Positions 13,899 through 34,092 are shown, counted from the first letter of the stretch. The stretch is 64,000 nt of DNA from Eledone cirrhosa (GCA_964016885.1 OZ024743.1:54684001-54748000), one strand, 5' to 3'. Notes: generated by a model from the letters alone, not told the origin. Made by a program: numbers and translations.

Positions 13899-15134
13899 GG
13901 AGGGAACTCTAGAATTTTACTAATTTATTTCTCCGGGTCTTACCGTCAAGTACAATATTTTACAACGTTTGAAGTTTGCGATATTTTGCATTTTGAAGAT
14001 GTTAATCTTCTCTGGAGTGATGTTATAGGGAATTAGGAATTAGCCTCGAGAAATAATACTTGTTTTAGCAATAATGAATTCAATGAAACTTTGAAACAAT
14101 ATTCATATATTCATAACTTGGAAAGCTCTAAGGTTTCGATTCAAAATGCCACGATTACGCTAGTCATAACCAATATGATTTCTAAATTTTATTTACATCA
14201 ATTTGAAATTTGATATGTAGTTGTTTCAATGTAAATGTCCATATTTATATTCGACTAAATCTCGGGTCTCATATAATAGTAGGTGTGGGATGAAATAAGC
14301 GGGGGAGTTGGAAAATGGGAAATTCTTCTAGGTTGTCTCCGTTGATTTTTTTTTAAAACATAATTAGTCGTTTAGTTTATATATTGAGACCCCAACCCAT
14401 TCTATTTATTTTATAACGTATGCGATTTCTAGTAATGTACTTTTTTGTTAAGTATAACGTTTTTAATGTCTGAAGAAAACTAGTTATCGCAGGAATGCTA
14501 CCACTTACAATAAAGGTTTTCTCTTTTTTATTCTGCTTATTATTTTCCTTTGTTTAATACATTTATTTCCTATTATCATGTTAATTTAAACCATTACCGT
14601 TTGGACACATAATGATATCTGATCAATCTCGCTTGGGTTACGTGGTTTAGGGTGAATATTGTAAAACCCGAAACCCCCAATGACTCCAGGACACAGCACT
14701 CATGATATTCATCGAATATTGGATGTGTGAAGAACTAAAGCTAGATTTATCTGAAGTCCTATATATCCATCTACAGTTATACTGCAAATGACATAGCTCC
14801 GCTGTTTGTCTTAAAAATGAATATTTTATACTTCGTTGGCCCTTTAAGTGCTTCCTTAAAATATCAGTACGTACCTGTCTAACAGTAACATCCTCAGACA
14901 TTTGATATCTAAAGTAGTTCATTGATTTACCTTACTGAAGGAAATATTATATATACTGGTTGGACCACTTGAATTCAGCATCCTTGGTATCAGGCAATTT
15001 TATGGCAACGAAGAATGCTGGAAAACAGAAATTGACCCCTAAAGTGGGACCCTATGCAAACATATATTCCATATGTATCTTTGCATCTATAAACTCGCAT
15101 ACCTGAGACGATGTCGAAGAAGAGTCACGCCCCT

Positions 15135-15286
15135 GCGTTGGCGCATAGAGTTACGGCCCTTGCCATTCTGAGTTCAAATCCCGCCGAGGTTAACTTTGCC
15201 TTTCATCCTTACGGGGTCGATAAAATAAAGTACCAGTAATACACTGGGTAATTGCTGGCCTTGTGCCTAACGTAGAAACAATTATG
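15135..15286 (+). mobile_element. SINE family C (tRNA head plus 'gcctttcatccttacggggtcgataaaataaagtaccag' core)
   Basis: B-box 'gagttcaaatccc'; core resembles the MetaSINE-type central domain (from recall); copies at 33.1, 33.9, 37.0, 46.8 and 47.1 kb. Confidence 0.75.
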
Positions 15287-15385
15287 ATTGTACCCTGTGC
15301 TGATCGATATCGAAACAATTATAATATTCCAATATAGTTTGTACAAAAGCTGCAACACTGACTTCGATTCAACTTACTTTCTCTA

Positions 15386-15486
<101 letters not shown>

Positions 15487-15900
15487 AGAGAGAGAGAGAG
15501 AGAGAGGTGTCTTATCAAAGCTTAAACCTAGAAACAATACGACTAATAAAACTTCATTCGATGTTGTTATAGTTTCGTATAATCTAACGTCTAAATCTAA
15601 AATAATAATAAGGAACATATAAGCAGATTACAAACGTGTCGGACCATAGAATGCCGTATTTATGAGGTTCAATTTGACTGTCACTTCAGAATTTGAAATT
15701 GAATTCATTAATGCGAAAACAAATTTTATTTCTCTTAGCTAATTCACCTTGACCATATTCAAAATACAACACATCGTAAACATCAGATTAAAATTGCCTT
15801 GTATCTATATACCACGTAAACGTTTTTAATGTGTCTTATATTTATTATACAACTATAAATGCATCTATTATAAGAAATTTGATGCAAGAATATATTTCCT

Positions 15901-16139
15901 TTAACCCTTTCGTAACCATATTTTTAATAAAAGACACAGCTTATGATTATCAAATGATTTCTAAAATAATAATAAAAAAAATGATTTTCTCATTATTAAG
16001 TTTGTTTTGAATATAACTTAAGGGTTCTTACATAAAATTATAATGGAAGGTTTTAGATAAATATATACAGTAAAAATAAACAATTTTGTATCTCAGAACA
16101 TGTGGTTTGTTTGAGGCAGATTTGTAACAAAAGAGTTAA
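15901..16139. mobile_element. piggyBac-type MITE
   Basis: 'ttaaccctttcgtaacc' ... 'gtaacaaaagagttaa', imperfect TIRs with TTAA ends. Confidence 0.55.
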
Positions 16140-17051
16140 TTAGACATTTATCAGCTCTCCTTTAGACTTTATTCAAATTTCAAATCTTAGGTAAGAATTT
16201 ATATTTATTATATTTCACATTCCTGCAGCAGTCGTTACATCTTACCATAAGCATCTGAAATAACTATGATGCTATTTTAGCGTTCGGTCTACTACAATAT
16301 CTGTAGTTTACCATGTATAATTATCTAATCTGATTGCCGGGTTACGGTTAGTTTTCTTAGTTGAAGGTGACTGCACATTAACCTATGGATAGGTAGACAC
16401 GTTAAAATAGCACCATAACTACCAGTGAGCCCCGCAAGTTAGAATGGCCATCCCAACGCGTCTTCTTCACCATCCTCGGGGGCAATGCTTTTTCCATTCT
16501 TCTGATAGGATCACAAAGTGACCAGTACCTGGGTCGTGCATGCCAAATAGTACGCCTGCCACACCGTCTCGTCTTGTATCATTGGGATAGTGATGTTTCA
16601 GCATACTTTAGAGATTTTATTTGTAAAGAGCTAAGTTCAATTCGACTGAACTCTGAACTTGACCATTACATATGACTTTTATTCCATAAAAGGAAGAAGA
16701 AAAAAGACACACCACCGTCAATAGACAACAGTTATGTCATGCACACACGCCACGGCCCTATATATGGCACTCATGCGACCACCGCATTTTCATTCTACAT
16801 TTAACTAAAAAGGAAATACGTCCAAATTCCGCTTGCTCAAGAAACGAACGAGTAACACGATTCATAGAATCATGACCCCGGCGTCATAATCACAAGGCCC
16901 CGCACTGTTACCAGCTGCTTGGAGTTGATATTTTCTTTATCAACACCGAAAGAATGAAAGAGGAAGTTTGATCTCAGCGGGATCTGAACTCAGAGTCGGC
17001 GCAAATATTGCAACGCATTCTATCAGATATTTTAACGTCTTCCCCATACCT

Positions 17052-20690
<3,639 letters not shown>

Positions 20691-21297
20691 AGAGAGTGGG
20701 GAAGTATACATAGATGTATGTGAATATAACTGTAGAGTATACAGATCTAACTCACGTACTGAAAATAAGGACTTTCTAGTTCAGTGTTATATTAAAATGA
20801 TATCCTCTAAGTTTGTATAGTAAGATGTGTCTAGATGCATGTATAGACCTACACACACTGCCAACCAACATAGAAATGGGCAGACATTTATCTCTATCCC
20901 CCAACAGACAGACATACCTTAACAAAGATTACACCGCTACTTCGCTTTGTAATATTTCAAGTTTAAGTAATAAACATATATTCAGAAACACCTTACTAAA
21001 ATTTCTTAAATAAAATGTTGATAATGTCCCTTTCTTGACCGTATTTCGAATGACATATATATTATTTCAGTCAAGTCAATATATAAAAAATTTTGAACGA
21101 TATGTTAAATGTATTACGTGTTTCATTACTCAGAAAGTAACTTATATGGATTTTGTATAAAATCATGCTGCTATCTACCTACATGGTAGGACTATTAACA
21201 CAATTTGAAATCCATGGAATTCAGAAGTAATAATTCCAAAGAGATCAGGTGATCAGAGTTCTTGTTTTGTAGTATGCGGTCATTATATGGGATTTTC

Positions 21298-21543
<246 letters not shown>

Positions 21544-21678
21544 CCGACTAATAATATGGAGTTACATAATTGCTATCGATTAGTGATTATATCAATTCAT
21601 CGTGATCAATCAACCTTCTGATATGTTAGCAAAACAATAAACTGATTAAACGCTAAACTTCGCCTTTTGTTTCATTGT

Positions 21679-21776
<98 letters not shown>

Positions 21777-22314
21777 TAACCATCGAATTATATGTATGTA
21801 TATATATAAAGTTATGTTGAAAGATTAAAAGTTCCAATAGGAACTCTTTAAAATGAAAAGAGATATTTAGATTGTTTTTAAGAATTTTGAGGAATGCTAC
21901 TAACGGAGAACGAAAGTTAAGAAGGTAACCATAATGACAAACATTTTATAGAGGAAAAAGAAAGAAGTCTAAGAGGCTCTTTAATAAGATGATATTTTTT
22001 CCCGAATAGTTTGGTATGAAGAAGAGTATAGAAGATTCTAGAAAGGAATGCTAACTACTATACTGTATATAGCACCCGAATGGATACAATGCTTTCTTCA
22101 GAATCATAAGGTGCAGGTTTCAATAGTATCTTGGACAAGCGTTGCTTACCACGATTTTGAATCTAATGCCGTGTGAATGAAATTGAGTAAAAGGAAAATG
22201 TTTAGAAGCACGTCGTATAGACAGATTTTTTACTTCAAAACGTCATTTATCACACCGTGTCAGGCTGAATATGCCTAGAAATTGCAATTAAAGACACGTG
22301 TTTATGCATTAGAG

Positions 22315-22505
22315 AGGCACTCTGTCGTTTACGAAGACTTGAATTACAGTCGATACTATCAACGAAACAGCCTGCTCGTGAAATTAACGTATAGGTGGCC
22401 GAGCATTCCACAAACACACGTACCATTAATGTAGTTCTCAGGAAGATTCAGCGTGACACAGAATGTGACAAGGCTAGTCCTTCGAATTACGTCATTTTTT
22501 GCCAG
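22315..22505 (-). mobile_element. SINE family A fragment
   Basis: 'aacagcctgctcgtgaaattaacgt..gtagttctcaggaagattcagcgtgacacagaatgtgacaaggct'. Confidence 0.7.
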
Positions 22506-22949
22506 ATAAGTAAGTAAGCCGTAAGTATGCCGAGACTTGTTCGTGTTTATTTAACCAGTCTAAATACAAGTAAGATATCGGGATTTATAGCAGGAATTAA
22601 ATTAAATCTCCTACAAAACTGACTTTGTGCTTCCGCCAGAGAAATTCTTTCTTGTCTTGGTGATGATATGACCTCGGAACATTTTCGTCACGTTGTTCCA
22701 CCCTTCACCAATGATGTCCCGTGCTCTACTGTCTTCAAAACAGCTAAATATTGATTTCTAAAATTCAAAATTTCACATTCAATTATATTTATTTACGTAT
22801 TGAAAGAAAAAAAAGTCAGCAGAAGGAAAAAAATACAGAATGAAGAGAAATGAGGGGAAATAAATACATGTTAGGTTGAGATATATCTCAACTAGATCGC
22901 TCGGACAAGTTGGTAAAATCATTGCTGTGGAAAACAGCAAACAATACAA

Positions 22950-23280
22950 GACGCATCAGCCAATCTTTTTCATGGGGCTCCTTCCTCGGGTAAGATACCC
23001 TTCTGATTTGATGGAGGGAAAACGGGAGAGGAGGACGCCGAAGGTCTTGATGACGACAGGCGCAAAAAGGAAACGGCTAGTTGAAACTAGATATTTCCTT
23101 ATTTTCTGCTCGTCTGAGTAGCAACACCCAGGGTTTTGGTCGAAGCCAACAAGCTTCTCTTTGGGAACATGTGGTGTCACATGTGTTTTCACTGTATATA
23201 GCATTCCAGATGAGTGATTTAGCCCTCGCAAACAGCAGAAGTGTTATCCCATCTGGGCACCTACAGCCAAATATCTAAAA
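22950..23280 (-). pseudogene. Restriction-like endonuclease remnant of a CRE-type non-LTR retrotransposon
   Basis: Minus-strand frames give 'CPDGITLLLFARAKSLIWNA' then 'EQKIRKY..RFLFAPVVIKTFG', matching the RPDG..SLIWDAT..K.KY..F.P..ET.G pattern; frameshifted. Confidence 0.6.
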
Positions 23281-24720
23281 TATATACAAAGACAAGAAAT
23301 GTGTGGTATTGATAAAGTCAACTAAAATAAGATGAAAATTTATTTGGTACTTTATTATATCGACTCTATAAAAATGAAAATCAAAGATTACATCGGTGGG
23401 TTTTAAACTAAAAAATGTAGAGAGAGGAAACTAAATGTTCTAACATATTCATTCCGTCACTCTGCTGGCTCCGAGTTTGTTATAAAGTTAATTAAATGGA
23501 CAGTTTAGAGCTAAATATTTTGTTTAAAGAGACTGTGTTCCGCCAGTGATACAATACAAAACTAATAATCTTACAGCTAGCCTTTGTTATTCCACTTACT
23601 CAGCACTCCAGTACCAATAAAACAATTAATTTTTAATTCTGAATAACAAAAGAAGGTTTCTGTTTTTAAATCTCATAATTGAGTTTGAGTTTCAGAGTTA
23701 TTTACTTATATTTATATTCATAGACAGTTAGGAGACACTGTAAAATAAAGAAAATGAATGGATCGTTCATATTGTAACGGAGAAACATCTGTGTGGGGAA
23801 AGTTTTCCTTAACTATTTTAAGACCAAACTATATGAAACTGCACTCTTTTCTATGTTAAAACTTTGTGTAGCTTATTAATATTTATCAACAGCATCCTTC
23901 ATAATGTTATATAAGAACCTGTCTACGTTATTTTCCAAATACCAAATTGAAAACGAGAATTACGCCATAATACTGTTTTGTACATTTCAAGAATGACTCA
24001 CTAATGCGGTTTCAAGTGATATATCCTGTAATTATTTATCAAACATTGCCAACAAAATTGAGTCGTTAACTCAAATGTTTATAGTACTTTTAATAATAGA
24101 CAGACTTTATGAAAAATTGCCATATTAGAGTAAAGACTTCCATTTTTAACGGGATGCATGCAGTCATAGTTTTCTTCTCTATTTTTGAAGGATGTCTTGT
24201 CATGCTCATGTGGGTTCAGTTGGTTTGCTTCTTCAGATATTTATAGTATCTTTACTAGCTGACAGATCATTGTACACCTTCAACGTTTAATGTGATGCAG
24301 TAATAGAGCTGTTTTATTAACGCCGAAGAAAGTCTTGCTAAAGCACTTTGTTCCATGTGGTACAGGATGTTAAAAGTTACAACTATAAAATCAACATCTG
24401 CAGGGTTCTTCCCTTGAAAGCAGTGAATTTTAATATATGTTTACATGTCAGTTGATAGATTCACAGCTCACAAATATCTCTAATTAATGAAGATGGTGAA
24501 AGCTTCTCCTTAGAGATGAAAGACGAGGGAAGTTTCACTATAGACAGACGAACGGGCAGTTAAATAGAAAATGCTCCTTCTGTGTGATTTCATATAAACT
24601 GAACTATATAACTGTGAGGGAATGGAGGCAAAGGTAAACAAACCGTAGATTTGACAACAGTATAAACACATCTATAATAAGGCTTTGTTAGCGTATATAT
24701 ACACTTATTTCGTGTGTGTG

Positions 24721-24774
<54 letters not shown>

Positions 24775-24878
24775 GTAAATTTAGGTTCAAACCGGTGTTT
24801 GTAAAAAATAAAACTACATCAATCCATTTATACTTATCCACATATAAATCAACCCCCCCCCCCTCTCTCTGTCTCTCC

Positions 24879-25029
<151 letters not shown>

Positions 25030-25404
25030 GAGCCACACACATTTATATTTATAAATACATATGCATGCATAAAGAACCAAATGCATACACGTGTATATTT
25101 ATTTATTTGACGCCGTAAGCTGTCCCTGATACTACGATACAAAACTTTATTTTAAAGTATTTATAGTTAACAAAAACCTTCTATCCCAATTTTTGGTAAG
25201 AACCTTTGTTAAGTTATATTCCACAAACTTAATGAGAAAGTTACTATATTACTAAATCCTTCAAATTCTTGATTACTTTGAAAGATATTTGAAAATCATG
25301 TGAAGTGTCTTTTGTTAGAAATATAGTAACAATAGAAGAGAACATGATATTAAAACCGGACCCCACACCCCGGTGGCACTCGCTGTTGATTGTTGACTAC
25401 TTAT

Positions 25405-25720
25405 AGCCAGGGGCGTATTTTCACTGCTCCTTTATGGTGACACTCACTGCTGAAGACAAGAACTGTGTTTCCACGGCTCAGCTAAAATGTCGTTGACTAA
25501 CTGATGAGGACCAAAGATGTATTTTCCCTGCTCCGTTATGGTGGTACTAACTGATGAGGACCAAAGATGTATTTTCACTGCTCCGTTATGGTGGTACTAA
25601 CTGATGAGGACCAGAAGTGTATTTTCACTGCTTAGCTAAGTTGACACTGATGTTTTTACTGCTCAACTAAGATGACTCACTGATTGACTACTGACAGCCA
25701 GGGGCGCATTTTCACTGTCA
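25405..25720. repeat. ~50-bp minisatellite
   Basis: 'actaactgatgaggaccaaagatgtattttcactgctccgttatggtggt' in about three copies plus degenerate flanking units. Confidence 0.85.
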
Positions 25721-26731
25721 GATTCACTCTCAACACAGCGGTTACGATTTCAGTTATTCGTGTAATTATTTCGGTTTGTTTATTTTTTAGCTCACTAAAC
25801 GACCCACGGGATATTGTCGGAATGCCCATAATGCCGATCCGTCTTTGGATAACGAAAGGGTTAAGGTTCTTCGTTGTTTTCTAAATGTGAAGAAGCGAAT
25901 ATAATTCTAATTATGCAGCCGTAAAGTCGTGGTACTTTATTCAGGATCATATTGATAAGGACAAGAATGGTGGAATTGGCGCCTGGCCATCGTAGGATCT
26001 CTATAACAACATGTCCAGACTTGTGCAATTGAGGTGTTTATCATAGTTAAACTAGGCAGATGGATGTTATTCTAATAACATATAATTGAATGATATATTT
26101 ATATTGTTCTGGGTGATAAAGAGGGGTCGTGTCAGAGTGTGTGCGGTTCTCTGTGTATAGATCTAAAGTATGTATGTGTGTCTGTTCCTCTATATGCATA
26201 TTGATGTATGTATGTGTAGTTGTGTATGTATGTGTATATCGAAGTATGTTTGGGAGTTTTGTATGTATGTGTGTTTCTTTACTATATGTATATTGAAGTC
26301 TGTACGTGTGTTTGAGTATGAGCATATCGAAGTATATACGTATTTGTGTATGTGCAAGTAACTACATTCGGTGTTGTGAATAGAGGTGCGTGTGTATGTA
26401 ATATGTATAGAAAAGCATGTGTGCATATATGTGTGTATGTTCTGTACATGTATGTATATGCTGTATGTATATTTGCAAGCATTGTTTATGTTTATGTTTA
26501 TGTTTATGTGTTGTACGTGTAGCTGTAAGCATATGTGTGTAAAGTAAAGGTTCTATGTGTGTATGTATTTATATGTGTGTTTGCTTATATGTATATATGT
26601 GTATATGTACTGTTTGACGTCCTACGATTTATAAGTTTCCGCATCAGATCGAAACTTGATGAACGATATAGACATAACAGATTCTTTCCTGGGGAATATT
26701 TTGAAATTTCCTACATTATACCGACCCAACG

Positions 26732-26769
<38 letters not shown>

Positions 26770-26850
26770 CTGTAAATACATATATGAATGTGTGCATATA
26801 ACATATATATATATACATATATATATATATTATAAGTATATGTATATATG

Positions 26851-26967
<117 letters not shown>

Positions 26968-27207
26968 ATGGATGTATGTATGTAAGTATATATATATATA
27001 TATGCACTCACAGAGAAAATTATACCTAAATATTTACAAATATACAGACACTCTCCAACACAGAAAAACGTACGTATGTATGCAGACAACCCTATGTATT
27101 TATGTATATAGCTAAGTCTATGAATGTATTTATGCATGTGTACATATATTATATATGTATATACGTACGTATACATACGTGTATTTACGCATGTATGTAT
27201 GTGTGTG

Positions 27208-27395
27208 TGTGTAGGTTTGTATGTAACTCCTATAAATATGTACGTATGTATGGATGCAGGCATGTATGTATGTGTGTAGGTTTGTATGTAACTCTGTAAG
27301 TATGTACGTATGTATGGATGCAGGCATGTATGTGTGTGTGTGTAGGTTTGTATGCAACTATGTAAGTATGTAGTATGTATGCAGGCATGTATATA
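27208..27395. repeat. ~66-bp tandem repeat, three copies
   Basis: 'gtgtgtaggtttgtatgtaactc..tatgtacgtatgtatggatgcaggcatgtat' repeated. Confidence 0.8.
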
Positions 27396-27987
27396 TGTGT
27401 GTAAGTAAATAAGTGTATGGTATGTCTCGATGACTAGGTATCGATTCCCCAGTTGGCAGCTAAGATTATGCTAGTAGGGAAAGCACTGCTGGCTAAATGG
27501 AGTTGTAAGTTACTAGACTGTAGTATTATTAATATATTGTTGGCGCCACTGGCGTCATTAGAAGCCAAATGTTATTAGTTTGATAATACTACTGAAATAG
27601 TTCAGACTACTGATAATTGCAAATATGTATGTATGTATATATGTATGTATGCGTGTGTATGTTTGAATGTATGAATATGTAGGTATGTATGTATGTGTAC
27701 ACACAGACACACACATACATATATTTATATATATAATATATATATATGCTGTATATATGTATATATATACATACATATATACATATATATATATAGACAT
27801 ATAAATACATATATATATATACATACATATATATATTCATATATATATACATATGTACATATATATAGACATATAAATACATATATATATATTCATATAT
27901 ATACATATGCACATATATATATACATGTATATACATATATATATATATACATTTGCATATACACACGCACGCACACACACACACACG

Positions 27988-28135
<148 letters not shown>

Positions 28136-28160
28136 TATATACGAATATATATATATATAT

Positions 28161-28196
<36 letters not shown>

Positions 28197-28379
28197 GCGT
28201 GGTAAAATGAGAGTGGGGGGGGGGGTAGAAGAGGCGTTGTCATAAAAAATGACAGAAAATAAATCAAATAATAATATGAAAAACAAAAGAAAAGAATGGA
28301 AATATAACTTAAATATAAATAAAAAATAAATGCCTATGATATTAATGCATAATACATATCCATACATAAATACATACGT

Positions 28380-28449
<70 letters not shown>

Positions 28450-28699
28450 CGTGTGTGTGAGTATGTGGGTATTATATTCGTTAAATATGCGATTCATTAT
28501 CCTGATAGCCCAATTTACATGTGTCTATGTTTATTTCATTACAGCCTCTCTTTGCTGATTTCGAAATAATGGTCTGTTAAGTTGTCTACTTGCCCTCTGA
28601 CGCTGTTGGAGATAGAATGGATTGCTTTGCCAGAGTCATTCCTGATTGTTGATGAACGCTTCATTCACACACTCATATTCACATATATTTCTTCCTCAT

Positions 28700-29940
<1,241 letters not shown>

Positions 29941-30033
29941 AAGCATCATGAAGTGTTCTCATCAACATTCTCTCTCTCTCTCTCTCTGCACACACACACG
30001 CGCACACACACACACATATATATATATATACAT

Positions 30034-30105
<72 letters not shown>

Positions 30106-30130
30106 CGAAATTTTCTTTTATATATATATA

Positions 30131-30733
30131 AAAGAAAAGTTCGCTCTACATGGCTGAATACAATAAATGTAATCTGAGTTTTTCGAATATTAATAATAAC
30201 ATTCGATTCGTTTGCAATTATGCAAACAAGCCTCGATTGTATAGCCATGTCAGTAGAATGAACACTTCATTCTTGTTCTTGTGTTGGCATGCGAACAGAA
30301 CTGCAGACACTAATGTTTCTGGGTATCACCCTTCATCAGTACAGCTCACCGTTCACCTGCCAAATTGTCAGTCTGCTGATATGCCACTCTGCTGATATGC
30401 AAATCTGGCTGATCAGTGGATCTGCTAATATGCAGATCTGACTGATCAGCCAGCCTGCTAACATGCAAATCAGGCCGATCAGTCACTGTGTATTTTTGAA
30501 AATAGCATATATTTTCACTAGCTCCGACAATTTGGCAGGTGAACATTGAGCTGTACTGATGAAGGGTAATACCCAGGAACATTAGTGTCTGCAGTTCTGT
30601 TCGCATGCCAACACAAGAGCAAGAATGAAGTGTTCATTCTACTGGCATGGCTATAAAATTGAGGCTTGTTTGCATAATTGTAAACGAACCGAATGTTATT
30701 ATTAATATTCGAAAAACTCAGATTACATTTATC
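30131..30733. mobile_element. Non-coding PLE-type insertion: ~207-bp inverted arms (30163-30369, 30526-30732), each with an HHR
   Basis: Arms are near-perfect reverse complements; spacer holds ~33-bp tandem units; (TA)n on both sides; ~30-bp extra tail on the left only. Confidence 0.8.
30298..30347 (-). ncRNA. Type I hammerhead ribozyme
   Basis: gagctgta-CTGATGA-aggg tgata ccca-GAAA-ca ttag tgTC^-tgcagttc; 8-bp helix I including G-U pairs. The mirror copy at 30548-30597 has GAAA>GGAA. Confidence 0.85.
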
Positions 30734-30807
30734 ATATATATATAGTGATGACTAAAATACAAAGAGGGCTCGATAAGGATAAATACATATCAAATATATA
30801 AGAACCG

Positions 30808-31140
30808 TAGAGGTGCGTGGCTTAGTGGCTACAACGAGTGGCCTCACAATAATGAGCTTGTAATTTCGATTCCCGGACCGTGTGGTGCGTTGTACCCTTG
30901 ACCAAGCTGCTTTCTTTTACGTTGCTCCAATTCACTCAGCTCGAGAAAATGAGTTGCGACGTCACTGGTGCCAAGCTGTAACAGCCTATCCCTTGGATAA
31001 CATCGGTATCGCGGAGAACGGAAACTGATATGCAGGAGCCACTCCTTCTCTTCACTCCAAAAAACTTTGCACAGGCTTGTGCCTTTTAGGGGACCTTTCT
31101 AGGTGCAAAACCCATGGTCATTCGTGAACGAAATTGTTCT
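30808..31140 (+). mobile_element. SINE family B, near full length
   Basis: tRNA-like head 'gcgtggcttagtgg..tttcgattccc' followed by 'gttgctccaattcactcagct' core. Confidence 0.7.
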
Positions 31141-31184
31141 TTGATATATATACATATAATGTATGATGTAAATTACTGGAAATC

Positions 31185-31830
31185 TCACTGGTCTGGGCAG
31201 GGAGCTGCCATGCCAAGCAAGCTGACACCATCCTCATCTCGGCAATGAGAATAGTATTTGACACACTGAAATCTGCATCTTCTCAGTGACTGCTTATCCC
31301 TTCTCATATATCTCCTTTTCACATGCGGCATCAGGATATGTTCTGCGAAATACCACTTCTTACTAAGTACAAGCCCGACCTTCCTATCCATGAAGACTTG
31401 GAAATCTTTCCCAACATGCGCTTGAAATCACGCAACCCATTCTGGGAATCAATGAAGATCTTCAGGATAATAACTTTGACCTGAAGGTAGATTTGCGAAT
31501 ATCATGGAATGAGTCTAGATTTGCCAACCAATACCTTGTGCAAGATAAATCGGCGGATTTCCCCTCCTCAGAAAGCAATGGGCGTCCCGTAATCGGATCC
31601 GCACAACACATGCCAGGACAGCTTATCATCACCATCGATGGAAAATGAAAGACAGTCCAGCATGTGACTGTGGGAACCCTGATCACACAGTACTGCATGT
31701 GGTTCGGGATCGCCTCCTCAGCCATTTTCCCGGTGGCCTGGAGGCTATCCATAATGCTGCAAATGACACCTTGGTCTGGCTCACCGGTCTCGACCTGCCT
31801 ATCCAACTATTGTGCATATGCCATACGTCA
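31185..31830 (+). mobile_element. Vingi/Ingi-like LINE 3' fragment
   Basis: 'WASRNRIRTTHARTAYHHHRWKMKDSPACDCGNPDHTVLHVV..FPGGLEAIH..WL' fits the C-terminal zinc-knuckle pattern of this clade. Confidence 0.65.
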
Positions 31831-32159
31831 AGGTTTCTGGAAATCTCACGTCTTTTCTATGCAGAACAGTAGAGATGTGCGCAAAAGGAAGTAGCTACTA
31901 CACCACTACAGAATACCACTCTCAAATCACACACCATCGTCTTAAAAGACGAATAAGGGTTTGCATTATATAGTCCCATTTACACAGCATCTGAAAAAAA
32001 TAAAGAAGGGTTGATCACAAGTTGAATGATTTCCATCAGCATTCTGCTCAAACAAGGTTAACTTAGTGATAAGCAACAACGTGTGACATTTTCTTGAAAG
32101 CAATGTTTAATTGAATAGTTAATAATTGACTTCTTTAGGCGCTCCCATGGCTTCTGAGA

Positions 32160-32250
32160 TCAGTACCATATCTGGCACCTTGGCCAAGTGTCTTCGATAA
32201 TAGCCTAAGGTTGACCAATGTCTTGTGAGTGAAATTTAATAGATAGAACC
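32160..32250 (+). mobile_element. SINE family D fragment (also ~22110-22220 and ~47400-47500)
   Basis: Shared 'accttggccaagtgtcttc..tatag..ttgtgagtg.aattt'. Confidence 0.55.
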
Positions 32251-32266
32251 TGTGAGTGTATGTGTG

Positions 32267-32384
<118 letters not shown>

Positions 32385-32828
32385 CGTGCGTGCGTGTGTG
32401 CGTCTGAATCTGGTTATATTTATGATCCGTAACAACAAAAACATAAATTTAAAAATAATAAACAGAAAAACAAGAGATAGGTAAAATAAATGCCAAGCTT
32501 AAAAATACTTAAGTTGATATGTTTTCTTAGTCTAATGACTGAAAATTGTAAGAGAATAAAAGAATATGAGTTACTTTTGGGATAATTATTTCTTTCAATG
32601 AATTTCCTGTCAATGAATTTCGTGCTCCTGGTTTCTCACTCGGCGGTCTGTTACATGTTCCCAATTTTTCCTCAAGATTCCAGGAATAAAGGAGTACCAC
32701 GTTGCTATCTGACACTAACTCACATTTATTTATTTACATATTTAATCAATTTGAACAATCGTGTAAAAGTAGTAAACCACGACAGAGTGAAAAATGTGTC
32801 TAATACCACTTATAAACTTATAAACGAG

Positions 32829-32895
<67 letters not shown>

Positions 32896-33615
32896 AAAAT
32901 AAGGAAAAAGGTGAAACCAAGGACATATTGATAAGGCTGCTGAATATTTTCGTTGCCTCCAGACAAACCTTAGTTTGCACTTCAAATCTTCGGAGAATTT
33001 TGTTTTGTTTTGTGAATCGAGTTTTAAAATGGCCTCTTTCTCAGACTAGTAGCTTTTACAGTGGAATATATAATAGTTTCTGATTTAGGCCCAAGACCAG
33101 CAGTGCGTGACTGGTACTTTATGTCATCGACCACGTAAGGATGAAAATCAAAGCTAACCTCTGTGGGATTTGAACTCAGTACGTAAGGGGCCTTAATTCT
33201 ATGTCACGAAGAAGGGTGTCCAACGCTCTACCAATAGTGCCATTCCACTGCCCTTATATTGGAATACATAAAACTATAAAGTTTCTGGATAGTCTGCACA
33301 AGAAGATAAAAGTGATACTCTACGACCTATTCTTGATAAAATATAGTTTAAAGGTGATATGGCCCGTTCGAAGCCAACAATCTCTTTGTTTATTAACATA
33401 GGTTCAGACGAATAATATCAATTATAAAAGCTACAAGAACCGGGTTTCTGGCATTTTTTTCTCAACCATTGTTTGCTGATTGGTCAAAATTCAATTGTAC
33501 TGCGATATATTGTGGCAATTTATTTGAAAAGCACTCTGAAAGTTTGACACTAATATCAAACGGCAGTTCAATGTTATATCACGACTAGATCATCAATATA
33601 TATCTATATATATAT

Positions 33616-33659
<44 letters not shown>

Positions 33660-34018
33660 GTGTAAGCATACACTCACGCACACACAGACATAGACATATA
33701 TCTGTATGTGTCTGTTTGAGCGTGTGTGTGTGTACACTGAATTGTCGTGTATACTTACGGGCATTTCGATATATCATATAGTTATCGACACAAAAATATA
33801 CTTCCAGACGCACAGCCAAACAGAAAGATTACCTGAGATGTATACCATAGGTATGTATACATATATATATAGAATAAGTAAAAGCGAAGTAGTTTCAGAT
33901 GTTCAAGTCCTTTAATAATAATTGTTTCTACTTTAGGCACAAGGCCAGCAATTACCCAGTGCATTACTGGTACTTTGTTTTATCGACCCCGTAAGGATGA
34001 AAGGCAAAGTCAAATAAT

Positions 34019-34092
34019 GCTGTGATATATATTTCAATGACGACACTGGCCACACTGTTCTGTGTGCGAGTGTCGTGACATCATCAGACACC
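34019..34092 (-). ncRNA. Type I hammerhead ribozyme motif with long helix II
   Basis: ggtgt-CTGATGA-tgtc acgacact..cacac/gtgtg..agtgtcgt catt-GAAA-tatataTC^-acagc; helix I has one mismatch; abuts a truncated family C SINE (33915-34011). Confidence 0.7.

Noticed and set aside
14647-14922. Possible host exon (ORF with CAG|GTACGT donor-like site on the minus strand)
   Set aside because: No recognisable homology and no partner exons; not supportable.
25495-25630. Tandem CTGATGAGG units as hammerheads or a CRISPR-like array
   Set aside because: No GAAA or helix II follows the motif; units are contiguous without unique spacers, so it is a minisatellite.
26625-26660. Hammerhead-like 'ctgatgcggaaac' on the minus strand
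   Set aside because: A9 is missing and there is no helix II.
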